NCBI GenBank assembly: GCA_032718475.1
Contig: JAUCBJ010005949.1
Span: 49,638 to 113,637 of the forward strand
Source of the DNA: Nemertoderma westbladi
Lineage: Eukaryota; Animalia; Xenacoelomorpha
Length of the DNA: 64,000 bases
Direction of reading: 5' to 3'
Shown here: one piece after another, positions 14,401 through 27,419 of the stretch
Layout of the letters: every line of letters starts with the position of its first letter
Position numbering within the stretch: the stretch's first letter is position 1
Made by a program: the position numbers and the translations under genes
Notes under the pieces: generated by a model
Databases searched by the model: none
What the model saw: only the letters and a program-made list of their open reading frames with translations
Told to the model about the DNA's origin: nothing

Positions 14401-15599
14401 CAGGAACATTCATCGATAAAGAGCTAGCCGAAGATATATTTGCTGGACAACCCAAGTTCCAAACTAAGCTCAACATGTCAGGCATTATGCAAGTTTGGAA
14501 ATCTACAATAACAGCTGATTATTATGTAGGCGCGTTGTCCACCCCACAAGACGAACTAGGAGAATACAGTATAAGGTCAGTGAAAATGGTGGCTATAAAG
14601 AACTTCGCTACTACTCAAGCAGACCTTTATAATTGGGACGAGGATGAGAGCATCCAACATCTTAACATACCTCGATTCCAGACTGATTATCCTGGAGTGC
14701 AAATACTCATCGGCCAAAACGCGCATGAGGCGCTGGAGACATTAGAGAAACGACCTGCTCAACCGCAGCCACTACAGACCTATGCGGTAAGAACTAGAGT
14801 AGGTTGGTACCTTACTGGACCTTCCCGTAGAACGCTCAGGGAAAGACTGCTTCAAGATCGTGTCTGCCAGGTGAGTGAATGGGAAGACGATACTAGTGAG
14901 GGAGACGACCCAACTGAGGGAACACCACACTCCTCAGATAATGACAATCTTAGCTCCAATGTAGATCAATGGAGATATTGCCCCAAGAAGTTTAATCCAA
15001 CGGACATCGCTTCCAGAGGAGCAACTCCTCAAGAACTGACAGATACTATAGACCGGTTAGGTGAACCCGACTTCCTGAGTAAGGAGAATGAATGGCCTCC
15101 CCATCTTACTCCGACTGAGATTAGACCAGCCAAGGGAGCGGAGAAAGTCGAACCTGAAACCCGGACGGGTGGATCGGAGTTATTTGAACCCGGGATAGAT
15201 CTGTCGGTATTACATGTTGCCAGGGACGACGCCGTGGATCTGGACCTCCCCACCGCGAGTGGATCCTTCATGAAGATCAGAGAGAGCGATTGGAGCTCTG
15301 GAACATCAGACGTCTCGCAGGGACTCTCACCTCTCCTGCAGAGAGCGACGGACCACTATAGCTCCTGGAATCGGCTTTGTGACGCCGTCATATACTTTGA
15401 GCGATGTTTCTATCGTCACTATTCCAGGACGAAGAGGAAACCTGGAATTGTATTCAGGATGCAGCGACTCAATCACCCAGTCGGTCGTTTGTGTTTATCG
15501 GAAGGGAATGGAGGACTCTCCGGAAACTGTGGAAGGCAAGATTCTCTTCCCACGACCACCTCCCTAATCCTTCAAACATCTAGGGACTCCATAACGTAA
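11460..15599 (+). CDS. gag-pro: Gag-protease polyprotein (1379 aa) lacking RT, most of RNase H and the integrase core
   Basis: BEL-type Gag core, three Cys/His knuckles (CALCDGTHRLNAC, CYNCLRRGHQRRTC, CAKCGAKH), protease ALLDSGS; jumps SSDNDN to DQWRYCP and HYSRTKR to KPGIVF relative to B without losing frame. Confidence 0.9.
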   Translation: MSDAKQNLSDSLLDTTESEVTAEKPHKRDAIDIYLSDYQRFVGDEELRRRLEGLSPNSEGAKLVLDAIDVDRLAANQAKFDEQLRLTRVKEEQVKKKRIEDRKAAAVAAAVAAAEAETKAAAAEAAAEAKAAAAEAKAAAAEAAAEAAAEAKAAEAERKAAMAAAEAERKAAEAVAEAERRASEEATQLELENLQERQDNFNKQLTASNMQMMSRSTPKRQGYTSSEEGDTTDTEGGRNRSRLSRRKRTFHRQKLPDLPPAVRRQLNNTNLGSTEPTDQIITIERLPTIVDEPEIIRPVLEITPSVIDTPVLPEATSKFPLHSTKLPVPSRTAQATVQVLDPERNIHNLSPVVPRPPATTLATPASAVEWVDRGRRGMDILLGQMQETVQQFKGTVRESRLELQEVQQSIALERDKLVNTQKGIPPPSVTMCQPVRSEVLHAQGVEPTRIYTASEVETPIVNPIKGNYRPVDNDIPYRTDHNPRNLYTDNSILNSTMAQESFTRQMARTEARQAVKVGEIVKFNGDEMKWLPFNEYYKDNIQNSVLSNGEKLRYLIECLEGSPKLMALKFIGHPDGLRQVWDILNIRYGNRNNIAKYLYAKLVAPRKFISSGIIEFSDEIQEICRQLDWLGKSHEYQSSMVIGAVASTLPKGGVGTRWDKKVLYMMEQQRRDPTMADLMSFLDGEVKLQLLKQSREKTPENKVSEKPVSRRKVTPVCYTDDGESQTSQGEDSGKDTDRSYYVNKMPKDQVSKFKSRTNDRREQVRKTPPTSPKRIQVRKPEERASVHNVTQNKVSNIKPKCALCDGTHRLNACDKFLRKSLKDRREVMWDKRLCYNCLRRGHQRRTCNSDARCAKCGAKHHILLHTEFERNSPSQVSESELHVQFSDVNDTDQSEMEGFYTDEFSDQNESCYLTNTTTVYRALVYEKDTDSDLTLTTSDQQPSWKAPTSNIGIREFPVVQVRVHGPKRSYVVNALLDSGSTGTFIDKELAEDIFAGQPKFQTKLNMSGIMQVWKSTITADYYVGALSTPQDELGEYSIRSVKMVAIKNFATTQADLYNWDEDESIQHLNIPRFQTDYPGVQILIGQNAHEALETLEKRPAQPQPLQTYAVRTRVGWYLTGPSRRTLRERLLQDRVCQVSEWEDDTSEGDDPTEGTPHSSDNDNLSSNVDQWRYCPKKFNPTDIASRGATPQELTDTIDRLGEPDFLSKENEWPPHLTPTEIRPAKGAEKVEPETRTGGSELFEPGIDLSVLHVARDDAVDLDLPTASGSFMKIRESDWSSGTSDVSQGLSPLLQRATDHYSSWNRLCDAVIYFERCFYRHYSRTKRKPGIVFRMQRLNHPVGRLCLSEGNGGLSGNCGRQDSLPTTTSLILQTSRDSIT

Positions 15600-17259
15600 C
15601 AACATATGGAGTGGGTGTGTGACTCTATTATTTTATATTATTTTATTATTTTTATATTTATGTATGTATTACTATGTAATTCTATTATAATCGTTTTCTT
15701 TAATTTTATTCAGTAGAATGTTATTTTAGCGATTATTTAGTAGATTAGTGCAATATATATTCGTGTTTATTACGTACGTAATTACTTATATTATATTTAG
15801 TGCGACGGCGAAGAAATAATTACTTTTTCTCTTTCCTTACTGTCCGTATTATATTATAAATACGTAACTACAGTAAGATGAAATGTACGTACTTATTAAA
15901 GTACAATAAAGCCACTACTATATTTAAGTATTATTGGTAGGCAGAGTATTAGGAATGCAAAGTTCAGATCCTCGTGTCTCGGCTAAACCAAGCTCTGGGT
16001 AGACCTTGGAAACGACTTGCCTCTTCACACTGACATTGCTTCGTGCGATATTGCTCTCATACCGTATATTAAATAATACATATAGTAGCGTGATGTCCCT
16101 TTAACAGTAGCGTATAACGCAAAATAAATCTGTTAAACCCTTTGACCATCTGTAATTCTAGTCGATTAAGATATCGCGGCACCCACCGATATACTTGAAA
16201 GACAAATTCTAGAATCAGTGGTTAACGTCCCCAGACAAGTTCTGGAATAAATCGGTGCCCATCTCAAATATTAATTAATTAATATTTGCAAAATCTAATA
16301 AATCAAAATCTGTAAAATTCAGATCCTTCAATAATTCTAGTCAATTAAGATATCGTAGCATTTACCGATATTCTTAAAAAGACAATTGTCATAGAATTAA
16401 GGATCTTGTGTCCCCAGACATATTCTAGAATCAAAATATGTCAATTTAATTATCAAATAATAAAATTTCAGGGAATAAATTTAAATTCATGCCTTTTAAT
16501 GAATTTAATAAATTGCCATTTTTACGCAATTTATAACATTCCCAAAATTCCATTAATTAATAGATCAAGGGAGCGGAGATTTATCTTATTATAGGTATGA
16601 GTGTGCGAAAGTCTCCCAAACATAGTCAATAGCCGATAAAATTCATAAAGTCATGTATAAAACAGAACATTGACTATTAAAGAATACTATTAAATAACAT
16701 CCCAGATCTGTATGCATTGGAATTGCTCTAATTCTACCGCTAGCTTTGCATAATGTCACCATAGCAACAACCACGCTAGAATTAGAATTGAGTTAAAAGA
16801 ACAATGGAAAGCTTGTCCCATTGAATAGCATAGGGAATAAATAGTGCACTGATAGTATCCAAGGATACATAATAATACAGTGACATTCTGGAAGGCATTG
16901 ACTAACGGACAAGTGACCCGAGTGTGTGTAATTTGTGACAAGTTGTGTGTGTGGTACTTGTGAGTTTATAGGCGAATGTTACTACTAAGGTGTGTTTACA
17001 GTAGCTAGTCGCAATCGTAAAAGTAACCTAACTCTCCAAGGAAAACCTGAAGTACATCTAAGTCTTTGGGACGGACAGTCGAGTGACTTGTGTCGGTTGT
17101 CGTTGTCGTTGTGCGGCTACGTCGTTGGCGAAAGTACAGCGGCGACGACACATCGGCGCTGAGGATCTCGTACTGTCCGGGGGTTAATTGGAGTAGGCAG
17201 CGACGATCGCTAGCCTGAATATAAACTCATTATAATATGGATAAACTCATATAGCAGAT

Positions 17260-18591
17260 ATGGTTGAGTTGATAGAAGATGATCTTGGTATCGGGGAGCG
17301 ATATACTCTACTTTTGCAAGCGTTTGTTGATAGCTTAATACGCGGTGACGTTAGTCTAACTGCTGCGGAGGACGATGGTCGTTATATCGAACCGACAATG
17401 TCCCAAGTGCAGCTCTCGCGAGAGTTGGACTATAGAAAATTCGCTGCTCGCTACACGCATTGTAATGGTATGTATATGGACTTCTTAACCATTGACCATT
17501 CTATCGATTTACACAATACGGACTATGTCGACTATATATCCTGCCCAGCGGAGTCTGAACCATAAACTGAAATTCGAATGCGAAAATTCTATTCGAAATC
17601 GGCTCGAAAGAAAAGACATTAAAGAAACAAATAAACGCGGTAACTCCAACATATATTTGGAATTCTTGATAGAATCATTGTAACTACAAATAAATATCAT
17701 CCGCGTTTCCCCTACCAGACGTGCGTCTTGGGTATTATTACGGTAAATGCCCTAGACCCAGCCAATAAACGGAAAGACATAAACATCCACGGAAACGTTG
17801 TGTTAAATACAGTTATGTTCGTTATATTTACTGGAGTTTCGAGCGAAACTTGTTTGACGTATCACCTATGCTCACTCGGCTCTAACGATCCTAGAGTAAA
17901 CCTACGATCAGAGTCCCGGAATACTCGGTCAAACCTCCTCATTCCTTAGTTGGACCTCAGACCTGCGATCCTGGTGGTGTCGCGGATCCTCGCGGACGGT
18001 ATTCACTGTTCAAGATCTAGTGCTACCCTAACAATTAATCGGTAACACTCCGACAGTGATTTCTAGCTAGCCGCCCATCTTACCTAGCTGGATTATGACG
18101 CAGACACCTAATATCATTATCCAACCGTATGGTCGTCCCGTTTAACGCGATACAACCCTTCATCAAAGTGAAGGAGAGCGTTGTACGAAACGAGTTAAAC
18201 GCTATTCTATAAAGATCAAAAAAGAAACCTGCGTTTGTTCAGATAAACGTAAGTTATAACAGTAAGTCCAATCGATAAACGAATTGTCTTTATCTCAGTT
18301 CGATTGTGAAATCCAGAATCTCTAAGAAGATATCGCACTTAGACAACCCCATTCTCTGCGAGAGTTTTTGGATGAACGTATCCAGCTACGAGCGGAGGAA
18401 AATCAGCTCGAGGAGAAGCATATCGAAACGGCGGATACCCCGACCACAATCCTACACCTTCTGATGCAATCATATTGCACCCTTCACCCACGAGTTATGG
18501 CCCTCCTAGTAAAGTGGCTCCCCCCAAAGAGAAAAAGACTCTTGCTAGCCTCAAAAAACTGCGTAAACGCCGTCTGCGTAAGAAAGACTAA
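17260..18591 (+). pseudogene. Degenerate, internally deleted copy of the extra ORF (ORF2) in element A
   Basis: Begins MVELIEDDLGIGERYTL like B/C ORF2 and ends with sequence matching ...LRKRR.RKKD; many frameshifts; exonuclease and knuckle regions are missing. Confidence 0.85.
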
Positions 18592-18669
18592 CTGTTTAGA
18601 GTATCTTTATGTTTTAGAAACTGTGATTTTTATATTTTATAGACTGAAAATCCCATTTTCTGGGAGCGG

Positions 18670-19902
18670 TGTAAAAGCTTTTACTGAATTGTCCGGTTAT
18701 TTTTCCTTATTTTTCCCGTAAAGTACTCTGTAGTTGGTTTACCAGGCATAAAAAGGCCGTGTCCTTGCTGTACTGGTGTTTTAGCGGACATAAAAGCTAT
18801 TTCTTCTGTATTTGTACTTTAGAGGACATAATCCGTAATTCCGTGACGTAAAAGCTCGATACTCTTGAAAACAGTGTCGCTACCATGACGACGGCTAGCA
18901 GCTGATATTGCCACGTCGACGTTTCTTTGTTTCTCTGTTCTCTCGTTGTTCATGTTGACCAATCAGAGCGTTTGTGATCTCTGTGTTGGAGGTATATACA
19001 GAAACTCAGTAGTTCAGTGTTATGTTTTTGTCCAGAGCCTAAGAACCGGCTTTGGCACCTCCGTGTTTTCAGTTTTTAGTCTTACACTAGTAGGTTTAAT
19101 TATAAAGGGCATATATCCTTTAACTGACGCACCTACCTGACTCATGGAATCACTGCATACTGATGACTGATGTCTGCATACTGCAGTACTGCATACACTG
19201 CATACTGTGTAACATTGTGCATACCTTTATATTGTTATACTGCTATTTACCGTCAGTTCTTCATAATATGGTTGATGAATAATTATATTTGGAATAACGA
19301 TAAACAACCCCGAAACCCAATGTTCTTGATATACCGAAGGTAAGAGAGAAGGGTTACAGATAAACGATTGTGACTTATGTTAAAGTGGTTTGAAGTGAAT
19401 CTAATGTTATTTGATAGACCCTACATGAGCCAGTCTGTGTTCCTTTTATATGTGACTAAAATCAGTGAAGATCGGCAGATTAGTGTGCAGTATTGTGCAG
19501 CATTGTGTATGAGTGAGTCTGTTAAAGAAGCATTCCTAAAGAATGCGCCATATATGTGAATTATAATTAAGCCATATCGTTGTGAGTGGTTTAAGTCATA
19601 ACTCTGTTTATATAGATAAAGCGCCACGTCCTAAAGGAACTGTTAATATTCCCGAAGGTGAATAATATTGTCAGAGATTATATAATACTGTCAGTCGAAT
19701 AATACATTAGGCTTACATAGCAATAAAATTAAACCGTCGAACCCAATCTCCCGGGAATTTCCAGCGGGTGAATGGTCGCGCACGGATTGGTTTCGACTAG
19801 TGTAGTGAATCAAATACTTGTCATAGACTAAAAACTGATTTAATATCTAGAAGACATCTTAATTTGGTGGGTTAAACTGCCAAAGGTCTGAAAGCGCGAA
19901 CA
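18670..19902 (+). repeat. 3' LTR of element A
   Basis: Direct repeat of 7926-9158, preceded by CTGGGAGCGG and followed by TSD GTAGT. Confidence 0.95.
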
Positions 19903-19907
19903 GTAGT

Positions 19908-20303
19908 AGAGCGATATAACAATAAATGACGTGATGAATTTACCCAGGAAGCTGTAGAACCCAACTCTTACGATAAAGCATTATCAGTAGAGGAAGAGAG
20001 GGCTAAACAAATCCAGGTAACGACTACTCATTACAATAAGGAGGAGGGTCGTTATGAGATTGGTCTGCCTTTTAGGCGGAGAGAACCCAGCTTTATTAAT
20101 AACTGACCTTTAGCCATCAAAAGAATCAAACAACTGCACTGGCGCTTATCGGTAAACCAGACGAAGTCCGGGTAGTATTCGACGGCTCTGCCCTTTATAA
20201 TCGACAATCCCTAAATTCTGAACTGTTGCCGGGACCCAACTTACTCCAATCTTTATTGGGAATATTATTACGACTCCAGCAATATTCTATCGCCTTCGCC
20301 TCT
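19908..20303 (+). pseudogene. pol fragment of element D between insertions A and B
   Basis: Matches FTQEAVEPNSYDKALS...RYEIGLPF...LNSELLPGPNLLQSLLGILLRL of B/C with stops and a deletion. Confidence 0.85.
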
Positions 20304-21461
20304 TGTTCGCGCTTTCAGACCTTTAGTAGTTTAACCTGCCAAATTAGGATGTCTTCTAGATAATAGATAGTCTTTAGCCTACGACAAATATTTGATACAC
20401 TACATTAGCCGAAACCAGTCTATGCGCGATCATTCACCCGCTGGATATACCCGGGAGACTGGATTCGGAAGCCTAATCGTATTGCGGGATAGGCCTACTG
20501 TATTATTCGACTGATCTTAGTATATATAATCTCTGACAAATATTATTCACTTTCGGGAAATATTAACAGTTCCTTTAGGACGTGGCGCTCTAAATATATA
20601 AACAGAGTTATGACTTAAACTATACACAACGGGATGGCTATAGATTCACGTATATGGCGCATTCTTTAGGAGATGCTTCGTTATCAATCACAATCATACA
20701 CAATACTGCACAATGCTGCACACCAATCTGCCGACCTTTACTAATTTTAGTCACATATAAGGAGAATAACAGACAATACGTGTAGGGCCTATAAAATAGC
20801 ATTAGATTCACTTCAACCCACTCAATGTAAGTCGCAATCGTTATATGTATCCGGTCTCTCTAACCTTTAGTATATCAAGAAGATTGGGGTGTCTGATTGT
20901 TTATCAGTATTCCGAATATAATGTTCCATCAACAAATATAATGAATAACCGACAGCAAAGCAGTAATGTTAAGGTATGAATGATTATGAGTGACTGAGTG
21001 AGATATGATCAGTGAGTAAGATAACGGATATACGTTCTATAATTAAGCCTACTAATGTTGAACTAAAGACTGAAACACGGAGGTTCCACGCCGGTGTTGT
21101 AGGCTGTGGAAAAATCACATACTGACTCAACTCCAAGAGTTTCTATCTACCATCTAACACAGAGGCAAAAAACGCTCTGATTGGTCGACCGATCAAAGAG
21201 AGAACAAAGAACAAAGAGATGTTCTACATGGCAATATCAGCTGTTAGCCGTCGTCATGGTAGCTACACTGTTTCAAGAGGATCCGGCTTATTGCGTCATA
21301 AAATTGAGGATTATGTCCGCTAAAGTACACATACAGAAGAAATTACTTTTATGTCCTCTAAAACAACAATACAGTAAGGACACGGCCTTTTATGCCTGGT
21401 AAACCAACTACAGAGTACTTTACGGGGAAAATAACCGGCTAATTACGCAAAAGCCTTTACA
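20304..21461 (-). repeat. 3' LTR of element B
   Basis: Direct repeat of 37734-38891; CTGGGAGCGG lies immediately upstream on the minus strand. Confidence 0.95.
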
Positions 21462-21539
21462 CCGCTCCCAGAAAATGGGATTTTAGTCTATAAAATATAA
21501 CAAATCACAGTTTCTAAAATATAAAAATACTCTAAACAG

Positions 21540-24500
21540 TTAGTCTTTCTTACGCGGACGGCGTTTACGCAGTTTTTTGAGGCTAGCAAGTGTCCTTTTC
21601 TCTTTGGGGCGAGCCACTTTACTAGGAGGGCTGTAACTCCTGGGTGAAGGGTGCAATACAATTACATCAGAAGGTTTAGGATTACGATCGGTGTATCCGC
21701 TGGTTGAGGTACCTGGTTGATCGATATCAACTTCAGTGGAGCGAGGTCTAACGGCCTTTAGGGCGCGTCTTAGGACAGCAGCTCCTACGGGTCCTTGACG
21801 GGTCGTCTGGACAACAGCGGTAGGCGGACCGTGAGTGGTGAGAAACTTCCTTGGTTTAATGGTTCTTTCCAGCTCGCGTTCTCGGGCTCGATATTCGTAG
21901 GGCCGTCGAGATACTTCCTGTAACTCAGGGTGCGAGTTGATAAATAAATCGCCATACTCAGGGTCTTGACGGATGTAATTGATCAAATGGTATGAAGTAA
22001 TATCGTTAGGATTGACCTTCCTAAGGTATTTTCGAACAAATTTGGTGGAAATACACTCACCAACACGCTTCATTAGTTCGTAACTCGGTGTGCGTGTTTT
22101 TTGTTCCACAGACGCGAATAAATAAGGATGGAACGCGTAAACTCCCTCGTAAGAGCGTCCAGGGTAGTAGCGATGGCGGGACTCACAATGTAAATCCGCG
22201 TTCGCTTCCCAAGCTCGGATGTAGCGCAGGGTAATCATTTCATCTACGCTCTCTAAATCGCGATTAAAGGGGCAATTATAACTGGCATGTCCTTTAAGTT
22301 GACAGTGGTGGCATTGTGTCATAAATTGGGGGCAGACTGCAAAAATATGAGAGTTATTAAGTCTGCAATATGCACAATATATCTCCATCATAGGTTGTTC
22401 GTGGAAATAGGAGCAGGGTACGTCTGAGTCCATGGGGGTGAAATGGTCTCTCGATGCACATAATCGACAACGTTTTCGAGAAACATAGTTAGCGTGTCGA
22501 TAATCGTATGCGGTGAGACATTGTGGACCTTGATACCACTCTAAGACGTAGTCGTTATCGCTGCTCCGGGGCGCTGTAGGCTGGATCGCTTCAGATTCTA
22601 AGCATATTGGTTCGTCTTCCAATTGCATAGCTGAGGTAGGTGCGGCTGTCTCCGCAAGCGGACCCACTGTCTGAACTTCCACGACAGAATAACCTGTGGG
22701 TATTCAGGGTCTTTGTATAACAGATGAATGTAAGTTCTGTATACAAACGTCCTGAAAGAGAGCAAATCCCGCGCTGTTTAGCTTCTCCGCAGCTGAGTCT
22801 CTTAGGCTGAGTTTGGTCAGAGCGCGGTCCTTGAACTGACTATCAACGTTACGGAACGGAGTCAGAAAGCGCCTGAAACATTCGAAGCGGATGAATTTAT
22901 TGTGTTCATCTAACTTGGCGAGTTTGGTTCCAAGTATTAATGGATGGGCGCGTATGGTACGACTGCACACATCGGCTAGCCAACCGGCAAGTGCTGCGTT
23001 TTCAAATATCATGTATATAGCTAAGGAGGGACGAAGTGGAACACTCATAAAGCTATACACGGCGCCAGGCGCGGTCAATGGTCCATCAAAGTATAAACGA
23101 GAATAATGATCTCCATATACTTGTTGGTAATTTATAGGATTTCCAACCTTGAAATTCCATCCGTATTCTTGAAAGGCAAGATGTCCGATGGAGGTTCGTT
23201 GTACTTTAGTAATGCTGCTGGGTGTATTGGCATACATAGTGCGGAAGAAACCTTGGCCTTCTGCCCAGGGAGCAATCAGCTGAGTATCAACGAAAGGGTA
23301 TGGTCTCCATATTCCGAAAGTCGTTTTGTAGATCTCCATAAACAGCTGAACCGATTTTAAGGATTCTTTCGTTAAACAACATCTCGAGCACGGGTTGGGG
23401 TAACATCGATCCATCGATACCCATGGCCGGTTTGCGCTCGGTGTCGGTGACATAACGCTGCGCGAGTTCGAATTGTCCATGTCGGAGTTTCTTTTGGGTC
23501 TCAGTAAGAGTTTCAAAAGAATAATCAATCACATCGGAACACGCTCGAGTAAATACGTGGGTAGAACCAGCGAGTCCTCGTATGTGTATCATCCGCGTAG
23601 TTCCCAGTTCTCCAACCGGAACGCTACCTTCGTTGTCGTAGGTGACAACTCCATACATCTCGATAACGTTAAGAGTCTCATTCCACTCTGTAGTGGCGTT
23701 TTCGAGAGTCATTCCCACAGGATGCCACAAGATAGCGCATTCGCTAGCATTAAGTAGGTCTCTATACTTTAAATATTGTGTGGTATATGTTTCCACATCT
23801 CCATATCGTTGTATTCTTTCCTCCTCGAATAACACGTCAAGATTCCAGTGTACTAAACGAGTTTTGATGAATCCATCAAGATTATACGGAGGTATTGTTT
23901 CTTTCTCTATTCTGGAAACATTATATGGTTTTCGAAATGAGTTTACTTTAACTAACTGATCCAGATGTTTCTGCAGTTGTTCGAGTTCGACAAGATCGAG
24001 AGGATTTATTAGTGGTAGAAACCTCAGACTATGTGTAGGATCTTCCGGTTTTACCATATAATATTGTGTTAGGTTAACGTAATAAGGGTGATCTTTGATC
24101 CCATAAAACGAGTCCGGTAAAGGTCTAGCGCGTATGTTAACATCGTGTACCATGCGACGGACAAGATCCGCTCTATTGTCCGGAGGTTCAACGAGTATAC
24201 CATCGACACGAGCGGCTTCGATGGGAGGACGCTGTAACATGGGAGCGTCAGCGATAAGATCTCGAGATCTTAGGTTGATATCAACCGGTTGTTTTTGTGC
24301 CGTCGCAAAGAGTTTGTCTCCGAAATGGGGAACCATCGAGGGATGAAGGATGGTTTTAGAGTAGAGATCCGTCATAAGGATTTGAGCTTCGGGTTGAGCT
24401 AAAGCTGCTTCTTCTCTCTCATCCAGTTCTATATGTCTCTCCTCGAGCTGATTTTCCTCCGCTTGTTGTTGTAGACGCTCATCTAGGAACTCTTGTAAAG

Positions 24501-25788
24501 AGTAGGTTCGTCCACGTTCGATGTCCTCCTCGAGATTTTGTATTTCTCTATCGAACTGGGGTAAAGCTAATTCCTTCACCGCTTGGACTTGTTGTTGTAA
24601 TTTACGTTTCTCCAAACAATCGTAAGTTCCCTTTCCGATTTTCTGCCGAATAGCGTCTAGCGCGTTTCGTACGACGCTCTCTTCGACTTCCGTAACGGGT
24701 TGGATCGAGGTGAAGCCGGGATGGTTGTATGGGTTAAACAGCGATATTAGATGACCGCGTCCCAATCCAGCTAGGTAGGGTTGGCGAATATCTAGTGAGC
24801 CTACTACCGGAGTGCTACCGATCAACTGTTCGGGTAACACTAGATCTTTGAACAGTGAGTACAGTTCGGGAGGATCCGTGATACTATTAGGATCAAGAGT
24901 CTGAGGTCTAACTGAGGAATGAGGAGGTCTGACCGAGTATTCCGGAACTCTGATCATCGGTTTATTCAAGGATCGTTTGAGTCGAGCAACCGTAGGGGAT
25001 ACGTCGAATAGGTTTCGCTCGAAACTCCCATAAGTATATCGTGTAAAACTGTGTTTAGCGCAACGTCTCCGCGGATGTTTATGTCTTTCCGTTTGCTGAT
25101 TGGGTCTAGGGCATTCGTCGCAGTAATACCAAAGACGCACGTCCTGCAAGGGAAACGCGGGTGATCATTCTCCAGTTTTACAATATTCCTCCATCTGTTC
25201 GAAGCTATCTGGGACGACAGGTAGTGGTCGATCGGCGGTAAGATACATCATAGTGAAATAGAGTCGTTTGAGTTCTATCATAGGATCATGATGTATACCT
25301 TGAGGATATCTAGTTTCGAGATTTTGTTGGCTGGCAATGTTGAGATATGTCTCTCTCAGGAATTCCAGATAATCGTTGAAGTCACTGCGTTTATCTGGCT
25401 CTTCAACGTCTTCCCTTTCGAGTCTGTTTCGAATAGAGTTCTCGTGTTCTATTCTCGGTTTATCGTTCCGACTCCGCTGGGTATGATATTTAAATAAAAC
25501 CATTTCCCTTTCGGTGTCTACATCGTCCGTATCGTGTAAATCGATAGGATGGCCAGTAGTTAAGAAGTCCATATACGTACCATTACGATGCGTATAGCGA
25601 GCGGTGAACTTTCTATAATCCAATTCACACGTAAGTTGCTCCTGGGACATTGGCGGTTCGATATAACGACCATCATCCTCCATAGTAGTTGGACCAGCGT
25701 CGCCGCGTATCAAGCTATCGACAAACGCTTGTAAAGGTAGAGTATATCGCTCCCTAATACCAAGATCATCTTCTATCAACTCAGTCAT
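21540..25788 (-). pseudogene. ORF2 of element B: protein of about 1,420 aa with a DEDDy exonuclease-like domain and zinc knuckles, broken by two nonsense codons and one small deletion
   Basis: ORFs 25165..25788, 23287..25149, 22704..23528 and 21540..22682 are collinear with C ORF2; CGA>TGA at about 25166 and 22705; about 5 nt lost near 23305. Confidence 0.85.
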
Positions 25789-27419
25789 ATCTGCTATGAG
25801 TTTATCAATATTATAATGAGTTTATATATTAGGCTAGCGGGCGTCGCTGCCTACCCCTCTTTTGCCCCCGGACAGTGCAAGATCCTCAGCGCCGATGTAC
25901 CGTCGTCGCTGTGCTTTCGCCAACGATGTAGCTACACAACGACAACGATAACCGGTACAAGTCACTCCACTGTCCGTCCCAAAGGCTTAGATGTACTGCA
26001 GGTTCTTTCTGGAGAGTTAGGGCTACTTTCACAATTGCGACTCGCTACTGTAAACACACCTTAGTAGTAACATTCACCTACAAACGCACAAATTCAACAC
26101 AACTGCCATAAACTGCACACATTCGGGCCATTTGTCCGTTAGTCAGTACCTTCCAGAATGTCACTGTATTTATTATGTATCCTTGGATACTAGCAGTGCG
26201 CTATTTTTTCCCTATGCTATTCAATAGGGCAAGCTTTCTATTGTTCTTTTAACTCACTTCTAATTCTAGCGTGGTTGTTGCCATGGTGACATTATGGAAA
26301 GCTAGCGGTAGAATTAGGGTAATTCTCATGCATACAGATCTGGGATGCTATTTAATAGTAATTCTTTAATTGTCAATATCCTCTCTATATATGATTTCAT
26401 GAATTTTATCGGCTATTGACCATATATTGGAGATTCTCGCACACAAATACACTTAATAGAGTGAATCTCCGCTCCCATGATCGATTAATTAAGGGAATTT
26501 TGGGAATGTTATAAATTGTATAAAATGACAATTTATTAAATTCATTGAAATATATGAATTTAAATTTATTCCCGTAAATTTTATTATTTAATATTAAAAT
26601 AGACACAATTTTATTCCAGAACGTGTCTGGGGACTGGGATCCTTGATTCTAGGAATTTTGTCCTTTTAAGAGTATCGGTAAGTGCTACGATATCTTAATC
26701 GACTAGAATTTTAAAGGATCTGATATTTGACAGATTTTGTAAATATTAATAATTAATATTTAGGATGGGCACCAGTTTATTCCAGAACTTGTCTGGGGAC
26801 GTTAACCACTGATTCTAGAATTTTGTCTTTCAAGTATATCGGTGGGTGCCGCGATATCTTAATCGACTAGAATTGCAGATGGTCAAAGGGTTTAACAGAT
26901 TTATTTTGTGTTATACGCTACTGTTAAAGGGACATCACGCTACTATATGTATTATTTAATATACGGTATGAGAGCAATATCGCACGAAGCAATGTCAGTG
27001 TGAAGAGGCAAGTCGTTTCCAAGGTCTACCCAGAGCTTGGTTTAGCCGAGACACGAGGATCTGAACTTTGCATTCCTAATACTCTGCCTACCAATAATAC
27101 TTGAATATAGTAGTGGCTTTATTGTACTTTAATAAGTACGGACATTTCATCTTACTGTAGTTACGTATTCGTAATGTAATACGGGCAGTAAGGAAAGAGA
27201 AAAAGAATTATTTCTCACCGTCGCACTAAATATATAATATAAGTAATTACGTAATAAACGCGAACATATTGCACTAATCTACTAAATAATCGCTAAAATA
27301 ACATGCTACTAAATAAAATTAAATAAAACGATTATAATAAAATTACATAATAATACATACATAAATATAAAATAATAAGAATATAAAATAATATGGTCAT
27401 CCACCCACTCCATATGCTA

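Larger units (their letters stand above)
7926..19902 (+). mobile_element. Element A: complete non-autonomous BEL/Pao LTR retrotransposon (11,977 bp)
   Basis: 1233-bp LTRs at 7926-9158 and 18670-19902 (two differences spotted), TG...CA ends, 5-bp TSD GTAGT (7921-7925, 19903-19907), purine-rich GGGAGCGG before the 3' LTR. Confidence 0.95.
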
